Source: a bacterium
GTDB lineage: Bacteria; Krumholzibacteriota; Krumholzibacteriia; LZORAL124-64-63
Reading direction: 5' to 3'
Assembly (NCBI GenBank): GCA_031441465.1
Contig: JANOEP010000044.1
Location: 1-64,000, forward strand
DNA length: 64,000 nucleotides
The notes below the pieces were generated by a model. The model was not told where the DNA came from. It did no database searches and worked only from the letters and a program-made list of their open reading frames with translations. Positions 19,501-27,710 of the stretch are shown here, piece by piece. A program made the position numbers and the translations under genes. Each line of letters starts with the position of its first letter. Position 1 is the stretch's first letter.

Positions 19501-19782
19501 CTCGCCGAGCTGGACGAGGCCATCCACCACGGCGCCGTCAAGCGCGCCCGGCCGAAACTGATGACCGTCGCCGCGACCTTCATCGGGCTGCTGCCCATCA
19601 TGTGGTCGACCGGGGCGGGCGCGGACGTGATGAAGAGGATCGCGGCGCCGATGATCGGCGGGCTCGTGACGTCCTTCCTGCTGGAACTGCTCGTGTACCC
19701 GGCGGTCTACAAGCTTTGGAAGATGCGGGAGCTGGGCCTGTCGTTCCCCGCCGGACGGCGGCTGCGGGCGGGGCGCTTGTAA
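16501..19782 (+). CDS. cusA: CusA/CzcA heavy-metal efflux RND permease
   Basis: LDALPDLSDTQVII, EDQVTYP, GPDATGVGW, EFMPPLNEG; GTGA overlap with cusB. Confidence 0.95.
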   Translation: MIPRIIEFSARNRLLVLVLTALACAYAVHTLQTIRLDALPDLSDTQVIIAAKWDRSPDIMEDQVTYPVVSGLLGAPRVKAIRGFSDFGYSFVYVIFEDGTDLYWARSRVLEYLDEIQPRLPAGVNVALGPDATGVGWVFQYALADPEGRHGLDELRSYQDWTLRYAIQAVPGVAEVASIGGYQRQFQITVDPVRLAALGVPLHAVMGAVQASNNEVGGRLLEWSGAEYMVRGRGYAKTLADFEQIVVKTAAGGVPVLLSDVARVELGPDLRRGVADLDGGGDAVGGIVVMRHGENALRVIERVKERLHELEPGLPAGVEFVTTYDRSDLIHRAIDTLKHELLLQMIIVSLVILVFLWHVPSAIVPIITIPVSVLLAFIPLRALGVTVNIMSLAGIAISIGVLVDGAIVEVENAYNRIHLWQVGGRKGSFHDVRLEALKEVGPSVFFSLLVIAVAFIPVFTLVDQEGRLFRPLAFSKNLAMALAAVLAITLDPAMRMMFARSDPFTFKPRALARFASAALVGTYHDELKHPISRAIYRVYDPACRFVLRHPAAVILAAFLAVAATVPMYFRLGTEFMPPLNEGSILYMPTTLPGISVTQAVELMTTQDRVLKSFPEVLSVFGKAGRADTATDPAPLSMMETTVILKPADQWRPKARWYSGRLPDFLLPLVRPIWPDRISWAELVDEMDRALRIPGVTNAWTMPIKARTDMLTTGVRTPVGIKIFGPDLAELERLGTRIESILPAVAGTRSVFAERAAGGYFVDIEPRRGELARLGLTVADLQDVIMFAVGGENVGTVIDGRARYSINVRYPRELRDDLDKLGRVLVDAPGGAAVPLAQVADLKIVSGPAMLRDENGFLASYVYVDVAGRDIGGYVEEAKRVVREQVALPAGYVLQWSGQYENMLRVEKRLRLVVPATLVLIFLLLLANTRSSFKAGVILLSVPFSAVGAIWLLHFLDYNVSIAVWVGLIALLGLDAETAVFMLLFLDLSYDQAKREGRLRDLAELDEAIHHGAVKRARPKLMTVAATFIGLLPIMWSTGAGADVMKRIAAPMIGGLVTSFLLELLVYPAVYKLWKMRELGLSFPAGRRLRAGRL

Positions 19783-19805
19783 TTCCCCGGCGGATTTGCT
19801 AACCT
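19777..19805 (+). promoter_or_regulatory. Putative sigma70 promoter with extended -10
   Basis: TTGTAA-17 nt-TAACCT, with TG one base before the -10. Confidence 0.35.
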
Positions 19806-19882
19806 CATGGCGTCAAATCGCCCGAGATGACACCCCCGGTCCTTTCCGGGCTCCTCCTCGCGTCAGCGGATGGGAGTTTGTC

Positions 19883-20461
19883 GTGCATCGGCGGCGCACC
19901 TGGGTCCGGACTCTCTCGCTCCTGTTTAGCTTCGCCACGCTCATCCCCGCGAGCGCCGGCGCCCAATCGATCGTCATCACCCTGCAGGCACACTCCGATG
20001 TCGTCACCTCCGACCTTCACCGCTTCGGCGTGCACGACGACGCCCTGATGGGCCTGGACGGCTATGATCTGCCGGAACCGCCGCCGCCTCCCGGCAGCTA
20101 CCTGAGCCTGTCTTTCGTGATGCCCGGCGCGGCGACGGACCTGCCGAACCGCTGGCGCCACGAGCTGCGCCCGTCGGAGATCTTCATGGATCAGACCGAG
20201 ACCTGGGAGCTGGTCCTGGAGACCGACCAGGTCGGCCGGCCGCTGTTGCTGGACTTCGCCGCGGAGATCGGGGCGCAGTACCCGCTGGCCGTGACGATCG
20301 TCGCGCCGCCGGAGCGCGCGTACCGCGTCGAGCTGCCGGCCCAGCTGCCCTTCGTGGCGCTGGCGCCCGTCACGACGCTCCGGCTGGAATTGACGTCCGA
20401 CGATCCCGTCGCTACGCAAGACGTCGATTGGGGCGCGCTCAAGCGGCGGTACGAGCGATGA
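19883..20461 (+). CDS. Secreted hypothetical protein with WGxxK tail
   Basis: Signal peptide ending AGA; GLDGYDLPEPPPPPGSYL domain shared with the 21239 gene; ends DWGALKRRYER. Confidence 0.65.
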   Translation: MHRRRTWVRTLSLLFSFATLIPASAGAQSIVITLQAHSDVVTSDLHRFGVHDDALMGLDGYDLPEPPPPPGSYLSLSFVMPGAATDLPNRWRHELRPSEIFMDQTETWELVLETDQVGRPLLLDFAAEIGAQYPLAVTIVAPPERAYRVELPAQLPFVALAPVTTLRLELTSDDPVATQDVDWGALKRRYER

Positions 20462-20507
20462 GTGCAGCTTGGATCGGGAGCAATTCCTTCATGACGGGAG
20501 CTCGACC

Positions 20508-21101
20508 ATGCGATGCCGGATCCCCTCCACTCTGGTCCTGGTCGTCGCCCTGCTGACCGCGGCGAGCGGCGATCTGGCGCAGACCGACGCCTTCTGCATC
20601 AGCGAAAACGAGACGGGAACCGGAGGTTGGGGTTGCACCAACATCCCCGCCTTCGTGCCGACGAACATTTACCTGTGCCTGCTCCACCCGAGCGGGGAAC
20701 AGGTCTTGGCCTGGGAGGCCAGGATCATTCACGACAACGCCACCGCCATGGTCGGCTCCTGGGTGGTCAACGGCGTGGATTCCCACCCGGACGCCGAGAA
20801 TTTCGTCGTCACCTGCGTGGTCTCACCGCTGTATCCCAACCCGCAGGATATCGTCGTGCTGGGCTCGATGCAGGTTATCGTCCTGAATCCGAGCGAGCGC
20901 ATCGAGTTCTTCATCGGCCCGATTCCCGGATCCACGAACTTCCCCGCAGGCACGCCCGGTTACGTCCACACGATGGGCATCAACACGCCCGCCACCGTGT
21001 GTAGCGGCGAATACGCTTTGCCGGTGTTCCACATCAACATGTGCCTCATGGACGCGGTGGAGGAAGCCGACTGGGGTGCGATCAAGGCGCTGTACGAGTG
21101 A
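20508..21101 (+). CDS. Secreted hypothetical protein with WGxxKxxY tail
   Basis: Signal peptide; strongly similar to the N-terminal domain of the 21239 gene; ends DWGAIKALYE. Confidence 0.75.
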   Translation: MRCRIPSTLVLVVALLTAASGDLAQTDAFCISENETGTGGWGCTNIPAFVPTNIYLCLLHPSGEQVLAWEARIIHDNATAMVGSWVVNGVDSHPDAENFVVTCVVSPLYPNPQDIVVLGSMQVIVLNPSERIEFFIGPIPGSTNFPAGTPGYVHTMGINTPATVCSGEYALPVFHINMCLMDAVEEADWGAIKALYE

Positions 21102-21238
21102 TGAGCGCTTCGTGCCGGCAAGGCCGTGATTCCCGCCGGCGTGCCGGCGTGCGTCCACCCGCGCCCGCTCAATCCGAGCGGCAACCAGATCATGGTCCTC
21201 GATGCCAGATTCACCGATCCCCATCACGGAGGCCATCC

Positions 21239-23566
21239 ATGAGCATGTCCACCCGGTTCTACCTGACGATCTTCGCCGCCCTGCTCGCCCTGTCCGGCGC
21301 CGCGCTGGCGCAGCAGGACGCCTTCTGCATCTGCGTCGACCCGACGGATCCCGCCGAATGCGGCGGCAACGCCGACATCCCGATGTTCGTGCCGACGAAC
21401 ATCTACCTGTGCCTGCTCAATCCGAGCGGCAGCCCGGTCCGGGCCTGGGAGGCCCGGATCACGAACACCAACCAGTCGGGCATGATCGGAACCTGGGTGA
21501 TGTCCGGGCTGGACGTCGACAACGACCCCATGGACTTCGTCATCGGCAACGGCGCCTCGCCGCTGGTCCCGAATGCGCAGGATGTCGTCGTGATGGGCTC
21601 GATGCAGGTCATCATCCTGAACGCCAGCACGCCCGTCGAATTCTATATCGGGCCGATCCCGGGTTCGGGCACGTTCCCGGGCGGCACCCCGGGCTACGTG
21701 CACACGCTAGGGTTCAACACGCCTGCGACCGTGTGCGGCGACGACTTCACACAACCCGTCTTCAGCATCAACGGCGACAACCCGCCGCCCTTCGAGGACT
21801 CCTTCACCGTGACCATCTCGTCGACGCTCGGCGCCTACCACGACTTGAACAACCTCGCCGGCATGGAAGCGAGCGCGACGGACGGCCTGGACCCAAACCT
21901 CGATATCCCCGAGCCGCCGGCCCCGCCGGCGGGATTCGCGTACCTGACCTTCCCGCATCCCGAGTGGGCCTCGCCTCTGGGTGACAATTTCCGCACGGAT
22001 TACAGGGCGACCTACGTGCCGGCGACCACGACCAAGACCTGGTCGCTGCATTTCACGACCGACCAGAGCGGCGTCGCGATGCTCGACTTCCAGCCGAGCT
22101 TCGACCAGACCGCGAACTGGGAGCTGACGTTGATCGACCTCGATTCCGGCGAGGTCGTGGATCTCTGGGGCGCAGGACTCGACTACTCGTTCAACGCCAT
22201 GCCGGGTCAAGTCCGCCACCTGGAGCTGCTGGTGGGCCCGACCCAGATCCCGCCCCTCAGCCCAACGTCCAGCCTCCTGCCGACCGGTTGGTCTCTGGTG
22301 GGCATGCCCCTGCTGCCGGACGCGCCGGGCACCGTGGGCTCGGTGCTGCTGGACGACATCGTCAGCCCCACGTTCGTCTACAGCCACACGGTGAGCTCCG
22401 GCTACCAGCAGCAGTTGCCGAACGACGTCATGCGGCAGGGCAAGGGCTACTGGGTGGGCGCGAACAACCCCTTCACCTGGACGATGGAGGGGCAGCGCGA
22501 CCTCAACGGCGCCTCGTTGGTCCTGAACAGCGGCTGGAACCTGCTCGGCGCGCCGTTGTGGACCGCCATGAGTATCGACGACATCAAGGTCGACTACCAG
22601 GGCACCCGTTACGACTACGCGACGGCGGTCCAGATGGGCCTCGTCGGCAGCTACGTCTATTTCTACCAGACCTCGACGGGCACCTACGTGACCCGGTCCA
22701 CCCTCCATCCCTGGCACGGTTACTGGGTACCCGCCTACATGAGCGGCGTCAGCCTGTGGTTCCACTACACCAACATCGGCCCCGACAAATCCACCCCGGC
22801 CGCCCCGATCTTCGAACCGAACGACCTGAACTGGCGCCTGAGCCTCGGCCTCGAGGGCAACCCCGAGTCCGTGGTCGTCGGTCGCCTCGAGAAGGCCGCC
22901 GACGGCTTCGACGCCGCCTGGGACCAGCCCCGCCCGCCGCGCGCGCCGGTCGCCGCGTCCCGGCCGGAGCTGTGGCTCGACGGTTCGGCCCTGCACCTCA
23001 GCACCGGCGACCAGCTCACGTCCGACTACCGCGCCGCGACGGACGCGGACGTGGCCTGGGACCTCGTCGTCACCGCGCCCGCGCCTGGGCCGGTCACGCT
23101 GCGCTGGGACGCCGCGGAGTGGGGCGGCCGCGAAGATCTGCAGCTGTACCTGCCCCACCAGAACCGCGTCGCGGTGATGTCGATGCGCGAGCGGTCGAGC
23201 TTGACACTCGATGTGGGCGCCGCGCCGATGATCGTGCGCCTGCGCACGCCGGACCTGTCGACCGGCGCGCCGGAGGTTGTCGCGGGCAGTTATCTGCTGC
23301 GCGCGGTGCCGAACCCGTTCAACCCGCGCACCGAGATCGTGATGACGCTGCCGCGCGCCGGCAAGGCCGAGGTGCGGGTCCACGACGTTCTCGGTCGCGT
23401 GGTGAAGCGCTTCGCGGTCGACGCGGCCGTGGCCGGGGAGAACCGCGTCACCTGGCTGGGCACCGACGATCGCGGCCGTGACGTGGCCAGCGGCGCGTAC
23501 TTCGCGGCGCTCTACGTGGATGGGGCCGCGTCGGGCGCGGTGGTCCGGTTGAGCCTGGTGCGCTGA
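21239..23566 (+). CDS. Multidomain secreted protein with FlgD-Ig/T9SS-like C-terminal domain
   Basis: GGAGG RBS; signal peptide; GWSLVGMP/GWNLLGAP repeats; PNPFNP...WLGTDDRG...SGAY tail. Confidence 0.8.
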   Translation: MSMSTRFYLTIFAALLALSGAALAQQDAFCICVDPTDPAECGGNADIPMFVPTNIYLCLLNPSGSPVRAWEARITNTNQSGMIGTWVMSGLDVDNDPMDFVIGNGASPLVPNAQDVVVMGSMQVIILNASTPVEFYIGPIPGSGTFPGGTPGYVHTLGFNTPATVCGDDFTQPVFSINGDNPPPFEDSFTVTISSTLGAYHDLNNLAGMEASATDGLDPNLDIPEPPAPPAGFAYLTFPHPEWASPLGDNFRTDYRATYVPATTTKTWSLHFTTDQSGVAMLDFQPSFDQTANWELTLIDLDSGEVVDLWGAGLDYSFNAMPGQVRHLELLVGPTQIPPLSPTSSLLPTGWSLVGMPLLPDAPGTVGSVLLDDIVSPTFVYSHTVSSGYQQQLPNDVMRQGKGYWVGANNPFTWTMEGQRDLNGASLVLNSGWNLLGAPLWTAMSIDDIKVDYQGTRYDYATAVQMGLVGSYVYFYQTSTGTYVTRSTLHPWHGYWVPAYMSGVSLWFHYTNIGPDKSTPAAPIFEPNDLNWRLSLGLEGNPESVVVGRLEKAADGFDAAWDQPRPPRAPVAASRPELWLDGSALHLSTGDQLTSDYRAATDADVAWDLVVTAPAPGPVTLRWDAAEWGGREDLQLYLPHQNRVAVMSMRERSSLTLDVGAAPMIVRLRTPDLSTGAPEVVAGSYLLRAVPNPFNPRTEIVMTLPRAGKAEVRVHDVLGRVVKRFAVDAAVAGENRVTWLGTDDRGRDVASGAYFAALYVDGAASGAVVRLSLVR

Positions 23567-23673
23567 GGCGCCGGGTGGTCGTTGGGCGGCGGGGCAGCTG
23601 CGGCTTGTCCCGCCGCCGTCTTTTCAGTAAGGTGATCCCGGACCGCCACCGCCCCGCCGCCGGAGGGATGCCG

Positions 23674-24270
23674 ATGCGTTTCCCGCGCCCCGCGCCTGCC
23701 CTGTTCTTCGCCCTGATGCTCGGCGCCGCCGCCGCCGCGTCGGCCCAGTCCGACGTGTTCTGCGTTTGCACCGACGCCACGACCGGAACCTGCGGCGGGA
23801 ACCTCGAGGTGAGCGTGCCGGGGTCGTGCACCGTCTATCTGGTGCTCGCGCAGCCGTCGGGGTCGCCGGTGATGGCCTGGGAGGCCCGGGTGACCGTCGA
23901 GGGGTCGGCCACCTACGTGGGCGGCTGGACGCTGGCGGCCGGCTTGAACGTGGGCAGCGGCGACAACTACACCGTCGGACTGCAACTGGGCGGCCTGAAC
24001 GGCCTGATGCCCAACGGCGTCGGCTTGGTGCCGCTGATGTCCATGACCGTGATGCTGCTGGGGGAGGGCCCGCTGCTCTTCAAGGTGGGGCCCGTGCCCG
24101 GCTCGGCCAGTTTCCCGGACGGGACGCCCGGCTACCTGGTGGGCGCGGACACCCTGAAGCCGGCGTCGGTCTGCAGCGGCTCTTTCGACCGGGCCGTGTT
24201 CACCCTGAACAACGGCGACGCCGACGAGCAAGGCACCTGGGGCGAGGTCAAAACCCTGTATTCGCACTGA
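23674..24270 (+). CDS. Secreted hypothetical protein, paralogue of the 20508 gene, WGxxKxxY tail
   Basis: PSGSPVMAWEAR and GPVPGSASFPDGTPGY shared motifs; ends TWGEVKTLYSH. Confidence 0.75.
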   Translation: MRFPRPAPALFFALMLGAAAAASAQSDVFCVCTDATTGTCGGNLEVSVPGSCTVYLVLAQPSGSPVMAWEARVTVEGSATYVGGWTLAAGLNVGSGDNYTVGLQLGGLNGLMPNGVGLVPLMSMTVMLLGEGPLLFKVGPVPGSASFPDGTPGYLVGADTLKPASVCSGSFDRAVFTLNNGDADEQGTWGEVKTLYSH

Positions 24271-24394
24271 TTCCGCTGCCCGCCACCCGCTCCGGACCCG
24301 CCGATCACAGCATTTTCTGCTCAACCGTGAGAACCGCCGGCCGATCATCTCCTGCGATCGCCCAGAAAGGCATGTCCTCAACCGCGAGCGAGCC

Positions 24395-25036
24395 ATGCAA
24401 GAAACCAACGTCGCCGTTGCCGTCCCCGCCTTCACCGGCGCGGCCCCCGATTCCCTGCTCGACGTCTTCCAGGACCAGATCCGTCCCGGCGGGAGGATCC
24501 TCGACTTCGGGTCCGGCGACGACCGCCGTGACCTGTACCTGGCTTCTGAGGGTTACCGCGTCACCGTACTCGCCGGGTCCGCCGAGGCCGAGTCGCGCCT
24601 GAACGAGGCCGCGGCCGCCGACGGCCTGGACCTCGTCGCGCTTCGGGAATCGTTCCTGGAGCACGATCCCGGGACGCAGCCGTACGACGCGCTGCTCTGC
24701 TACGACCTGCTGCCGCGCCTGTCGCGCACGGACAACGCCAGCCTGCTGCACCGCATCTTCAGCTGGACGGCGCACGGGTCGCTGCTGTTCCTGACGGCAC
24801 GGCACGTGGACGACACGTCCTACGACGAGGTGAGCGCGACGTGGGAGAAGGCGGGCCTGCACAGCTTCCGCGGTCCGGACGGCGAGTACCGCACCTACCT
24901 GGCGCGCGGCGTCGTGCGCAACCTGTTCCGTGGCTGGAACACGCTGCACCATCGGGAATCCATGTCGCTGGTCGACGGGAGTGCGGCCGATGGACCCAGG
25001 GCGGGGAGGATCGAACTCGTGGCGAGGCGCCGCTAG
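24395..25036 (+). CDS. Class I SAM-dependent methyltransferase-like protein (TehB-like, divergent motif I)
   Basis: RILDFGSGDDRRDLYLASEGYRV; YDALLC; terminal LVARR. Confidence 0.6.
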   Translation: MQETNVAVAVPAFTGAAPDSLLDVFQDQIRPGGRILDFGSGDDRRDLYLASEGYRVTVLAGSAEAESRLNEAAAADGLDLVALRESFLEHDPGTQPYDALLCYDLLPRLSRTDNASLLHRIFSWTAHGSLLFLTARHVDDTSYDEVSATWEKAGLHSFRGPDGEYRTYLARGVVRNLFRGWNTLHHRESMSLVDGSAADGPRAGRIELVARRR

Positions 25037-25389
25037 ATCAGCGGCGCCCCGCCACGTCAACCCCCACCTGCACTGCTGGAGCGTGAGACTGGGAAGGCCG
25101 GAACTCCCCCGAATGGCCCTCGCCCGTAGGTCATTCTCGAAAAAGGAGTTCCGGCCAAGGATGTGAAGGAGGTTCGGGTCGCGACTCGCTAGCGCTTCGC
25201 ACAGTGTTTCGGATACTGCCCGCAATCGAATGGTATGCCCCCCACACCCACTCCGACATCATCTATAAGCACGAACCCGGCGGGACGTTGCATGGCTTCG
25301 GCGGTTTTCCGCAATATTTTCACATTCCGGTATCCCGATAAGTGTATGCTATGAAAAGCCCTCGCCCGGCCGACGGGAGAATGAAGCGC

Positions 25390-25575
25390 ATGATCAAGAT
25401 CGTCGAACCAGACCACCGCCCCGAGATCCTCACCCCGCGTGCCGACGGGACGTGCGGTTGCTCGTGTGCCTGTAATTGTGCGACTGGAGATCAGGCCGGG
25501 AACCAGTCGATCAAATCACCCAAGAGCGATATCATCTCATTTCCGGTCATCCACGGGAAGCGTGACGGCGCCTGA
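25390..25575 (+). CDS. Putative RiPP precursor peptide with CxCxCxCxC core (61 aa; alternative starts 25351/25381)
   Basis: GGGAGA RBS; MIKIVEPDHRPEILTPRADGT-CGCSCACNC-ATGDQAG...; overlaps the start of the radical SAM gene. Confidence 0.72.
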   Translation: MIKIVEPDHRPEILTPRADGTCGCSCACNCATGDQAGNQSIKSPKSDIISFPVIHGKRDGA

Positions 25576-27013
25576 GTCCGGCCGCCCGCTCTGCCGGGTC
25601 TTCCAGCACGGGGGCCGGAGCTATGTCTACGACGCCGGGGCTGATCAGGTCGTCGAGGTGTCGGCGTCCGTCGCCTCGTGGCTGGATGCAGCGATGTCCT
25701 ATCCGGACTGGATCGCCGCCGATGCCGCCGTCGAGGCAGAGATCGTGCAGGCCCGCGTCGTGCACGGCCTGTTCCGCACCGGGCGCCCGCGCCTGGTCGC
25801 GAAGCGATCCGGTCGGAATCGCGCCGCCGACGATGCCGGCCGCATCTCACAAATGACCCTCACCCTGGACGAGCGCTGCAACCTGCGCTGCGCCTACTGC
25901 CCGCACACGCTCGCCGCCCCCTGGACGCGACCTCACGGCGAGCGGCGGATGTCGGAAGATACGGTGCGGGCCGCTGTGGATCTGTTCCTGGCGTGTGCGG
26001 ACGGCGGTTCGCCGTCGATATCGCTTTACGGCGGCGAGCCCCTGCTGGCGCCGGGACTCGTCCGCGTGGTCGCGGACCTGGTCCACGCGGCACGGCGGCC
26101 CGGAATCCGGATCATCCTGGACACCAACGGCACCCTGCTCGATGACGCGATGGTGGAGATCGTCGCCGTACGGGGTCTGTACCTGCAGGTGAGCTTGGAT
26201 GGTCCGGCGCCGATCCACGACCGCTGGCGCACCACGGTCGACGGCCGTCCCACGCACGCCGCGGTGATGGCGGGCCTGGAACGCCTGCTCGCTCGGGATC
26301 CCGCAGCGGCAGGCCGGTTGCAGTTCCAGGCGACGCTGGCGCCCGGCAGCGATATGCTGGAGGCCGACGCCTTCTTCGTGGAGCTGGGCCGCGAGTTGGG
26401 CCTCGCCGACATGTCGGTGGGTGCGTCCTATGCGGACATCCCAGGGATGGTCGAGGCCGACCCGACCGCGACCTCGCCGGAAGCGGGCGGGTGGGAGCGG
26501 GCACGCGCCGTGTACGTCGAGGCCTGCTCGTCTGGTCGCCACGCCGACTTGGGGCCGCTGGTGCAAGCTTGGTTCGACGGCCCCCTGATCCGTTTCTACC
26601 ACCGCGAAGCAGAACCGTTGGCCTCGACCTTCCGGCCGGGCGGCGTCTGCACGCCCGGTCTGCGCCGCCTCCACGTTTGCAGCGACGGCACGCTGCAGCC
26701 TTGCGAACGCGTGGGCACGGCGTTCGGCCTCGGCGACGTGCGGCGCGGGTTCGATCTCGACGCCGTGGACCGGCTCGAGCAGGCGTGGTTCGATGCCCTC
26801 GGCGGCCGGTGCGCGGACTGCTGGGCGCTTCGCCACTGCAGCCTCTGCTTCACGGCGATGATCGACAGGGAGTCGGGCTGCGTGGGCGCCGTGCCGGAAT
26901 CGGCTTGCCAAGACGTCAGGAAGGAGTTCGAAGGCACGCTGCGCTTGTGGGTGGAGCTGCTGGCGCGCAACCCGCGGGCCCTGGATCACCTGAGGGGCAG
27001 CAGCGTCAGTTGA
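25562..27013 (+). CDS. Radical SAM/SPASM peptide maturase (CcpM-like)
   Basis: CNLRCAYC; YGGEPLL; VSLDGP; C-terminal GGVCTPGLRRLHVCSDGTLQPCERV...CADCWALRHCSLC...C; N-terminal FQHGGRSYVYD RRE-like segment. Confidence 0.88.
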   Translation: MTAPESGRPLCRVFQHGGRSYVYDAGADQVVEVSASVASWLDAAMSYPDWIAADAAVEAEIVQARVVHGLFRTGRPRLVAKRSGRNRAADDAGRISQMTLTLDERCNLRCAYCPHTLAAPWTRPHGERRMSEDTVRAAVDLFLACADGGSPSISLYGGEPLLAPGLVRVVADLVHAARRPGIRIILDTNGTLLDDAMVEIVAVRGLYLQVSLDGPAPIHDRWRTTVDGRPTHAAVMAGLERLLARDPAAAGRLQFQATLAPGSDMLEADAFFVELGRELGLADMSVGASYADIPGMVEADPTATSPEAGGWERARAVYVEACSSGRHADLGPLVQAWFDGPLIRFYHREAEPLASTFRPGGVCTPGLRRLHVCSDGTLQPCERVGTAFGLGDVRRGFDLDAVDRLEQAWFDALGGRCADCWALRHCSLCFTAMIDRESGCVGAVPESACQDVRKEFEGTLRLWVELLARNPRALDHLRGSSVS

Positions 27014-27710
27014 GCGGGGTGCCCTGATGGAAGGTGATCACGCCGCATTCCGGCACGTCGAACTGCCAGGACGAGAACGCCACCGGCGTGCCGTTGAGCA
27101 TGATGGTGTCCATTGGCGCGGGACCCAGGGTGCCCCGGTAGGCCGCCAGGCCGATCTCCCGGTAGCGGGGGCTCTGGAAGAACTCGCGGAGCTGCTCGTT
27201 GTCCTCGATCTCGCCGATGCTGACCGGGAAGGTGTTCGCTTTGTCCACTCCGTACGCCAAGTGGTATTCCGTTTTCCCCTTGTACGACAGGCCGAAAGCA
27301 TGGGCCAAGGGCAACAGCCCCTCTAGGTATGACTGCTGCAGCTCTTCCATCGCCAGTCGTAGAGACTCGAGTTCTGCGCTGGCGTAGGGCACGCGCACCC
27401 CGTCGGCGGTGCTGCGACTGAATCCGAAGGAGGCCTTGGCGTCCCGGGTGGACGAAAGGGATGCTGTACCGTCATCGTGGATCTGCATGACGTCGAGACG
27501 GAGCCCCGTTGATTCCAGCGCCGGCTGATTGGCGAAGGTCGCGCCCAGCATCACCGCCACGATCGCGAACGCGACCAGGGGTCGCGAGGTCCGCCGGTCG
27601 CTGATACGCCTCCGCAGTTCCGCCCGCAGCGCCTCCTTGTGCTCGGAGTCGAGCCGGGGCGAGATGCGCGTCCCGCTCAGCCTGCGTTCGAGATCGTCGT
27701 GGTCAGACAT
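27006..27710 (-). CDS. Probable anti-sigma factor / single-TM membrane protein
   Basis: Overlaps the stop of the ECF sigma gene; short charged N-terminus (EHKEALRAEL), TM, extracytoplasmic domain. Confidence 0.55.
   Translation of the reverse strand: MSDHDDLERRLSGTRISPRLDSEHKEALRAELRRRISDRRTSRPLVAFAIVAVMLGATFANQPALESTGLRLDVMQIHDDGTASLSSTRDAKASFGFSRSTADGVRVPYASAELESLRLAMEELQQSYLEGLLPLAHAFGLSYKGKTEYHLAYGVDKANTFPVSIGEIEDNEQLREFFQSPRYREIGLAAYRGTLGPAPMDTIMLNGTPVAFSSWQFDVPECGVITFHQGTPLN

Noticed and set aside
24395..25036. Methyltransferase as a RiPP tailoring enzyme
   Set aside because: Separated from the precursor by ~350 nt and a strong hairpin; SAM motif divergent; no evidence of linkage
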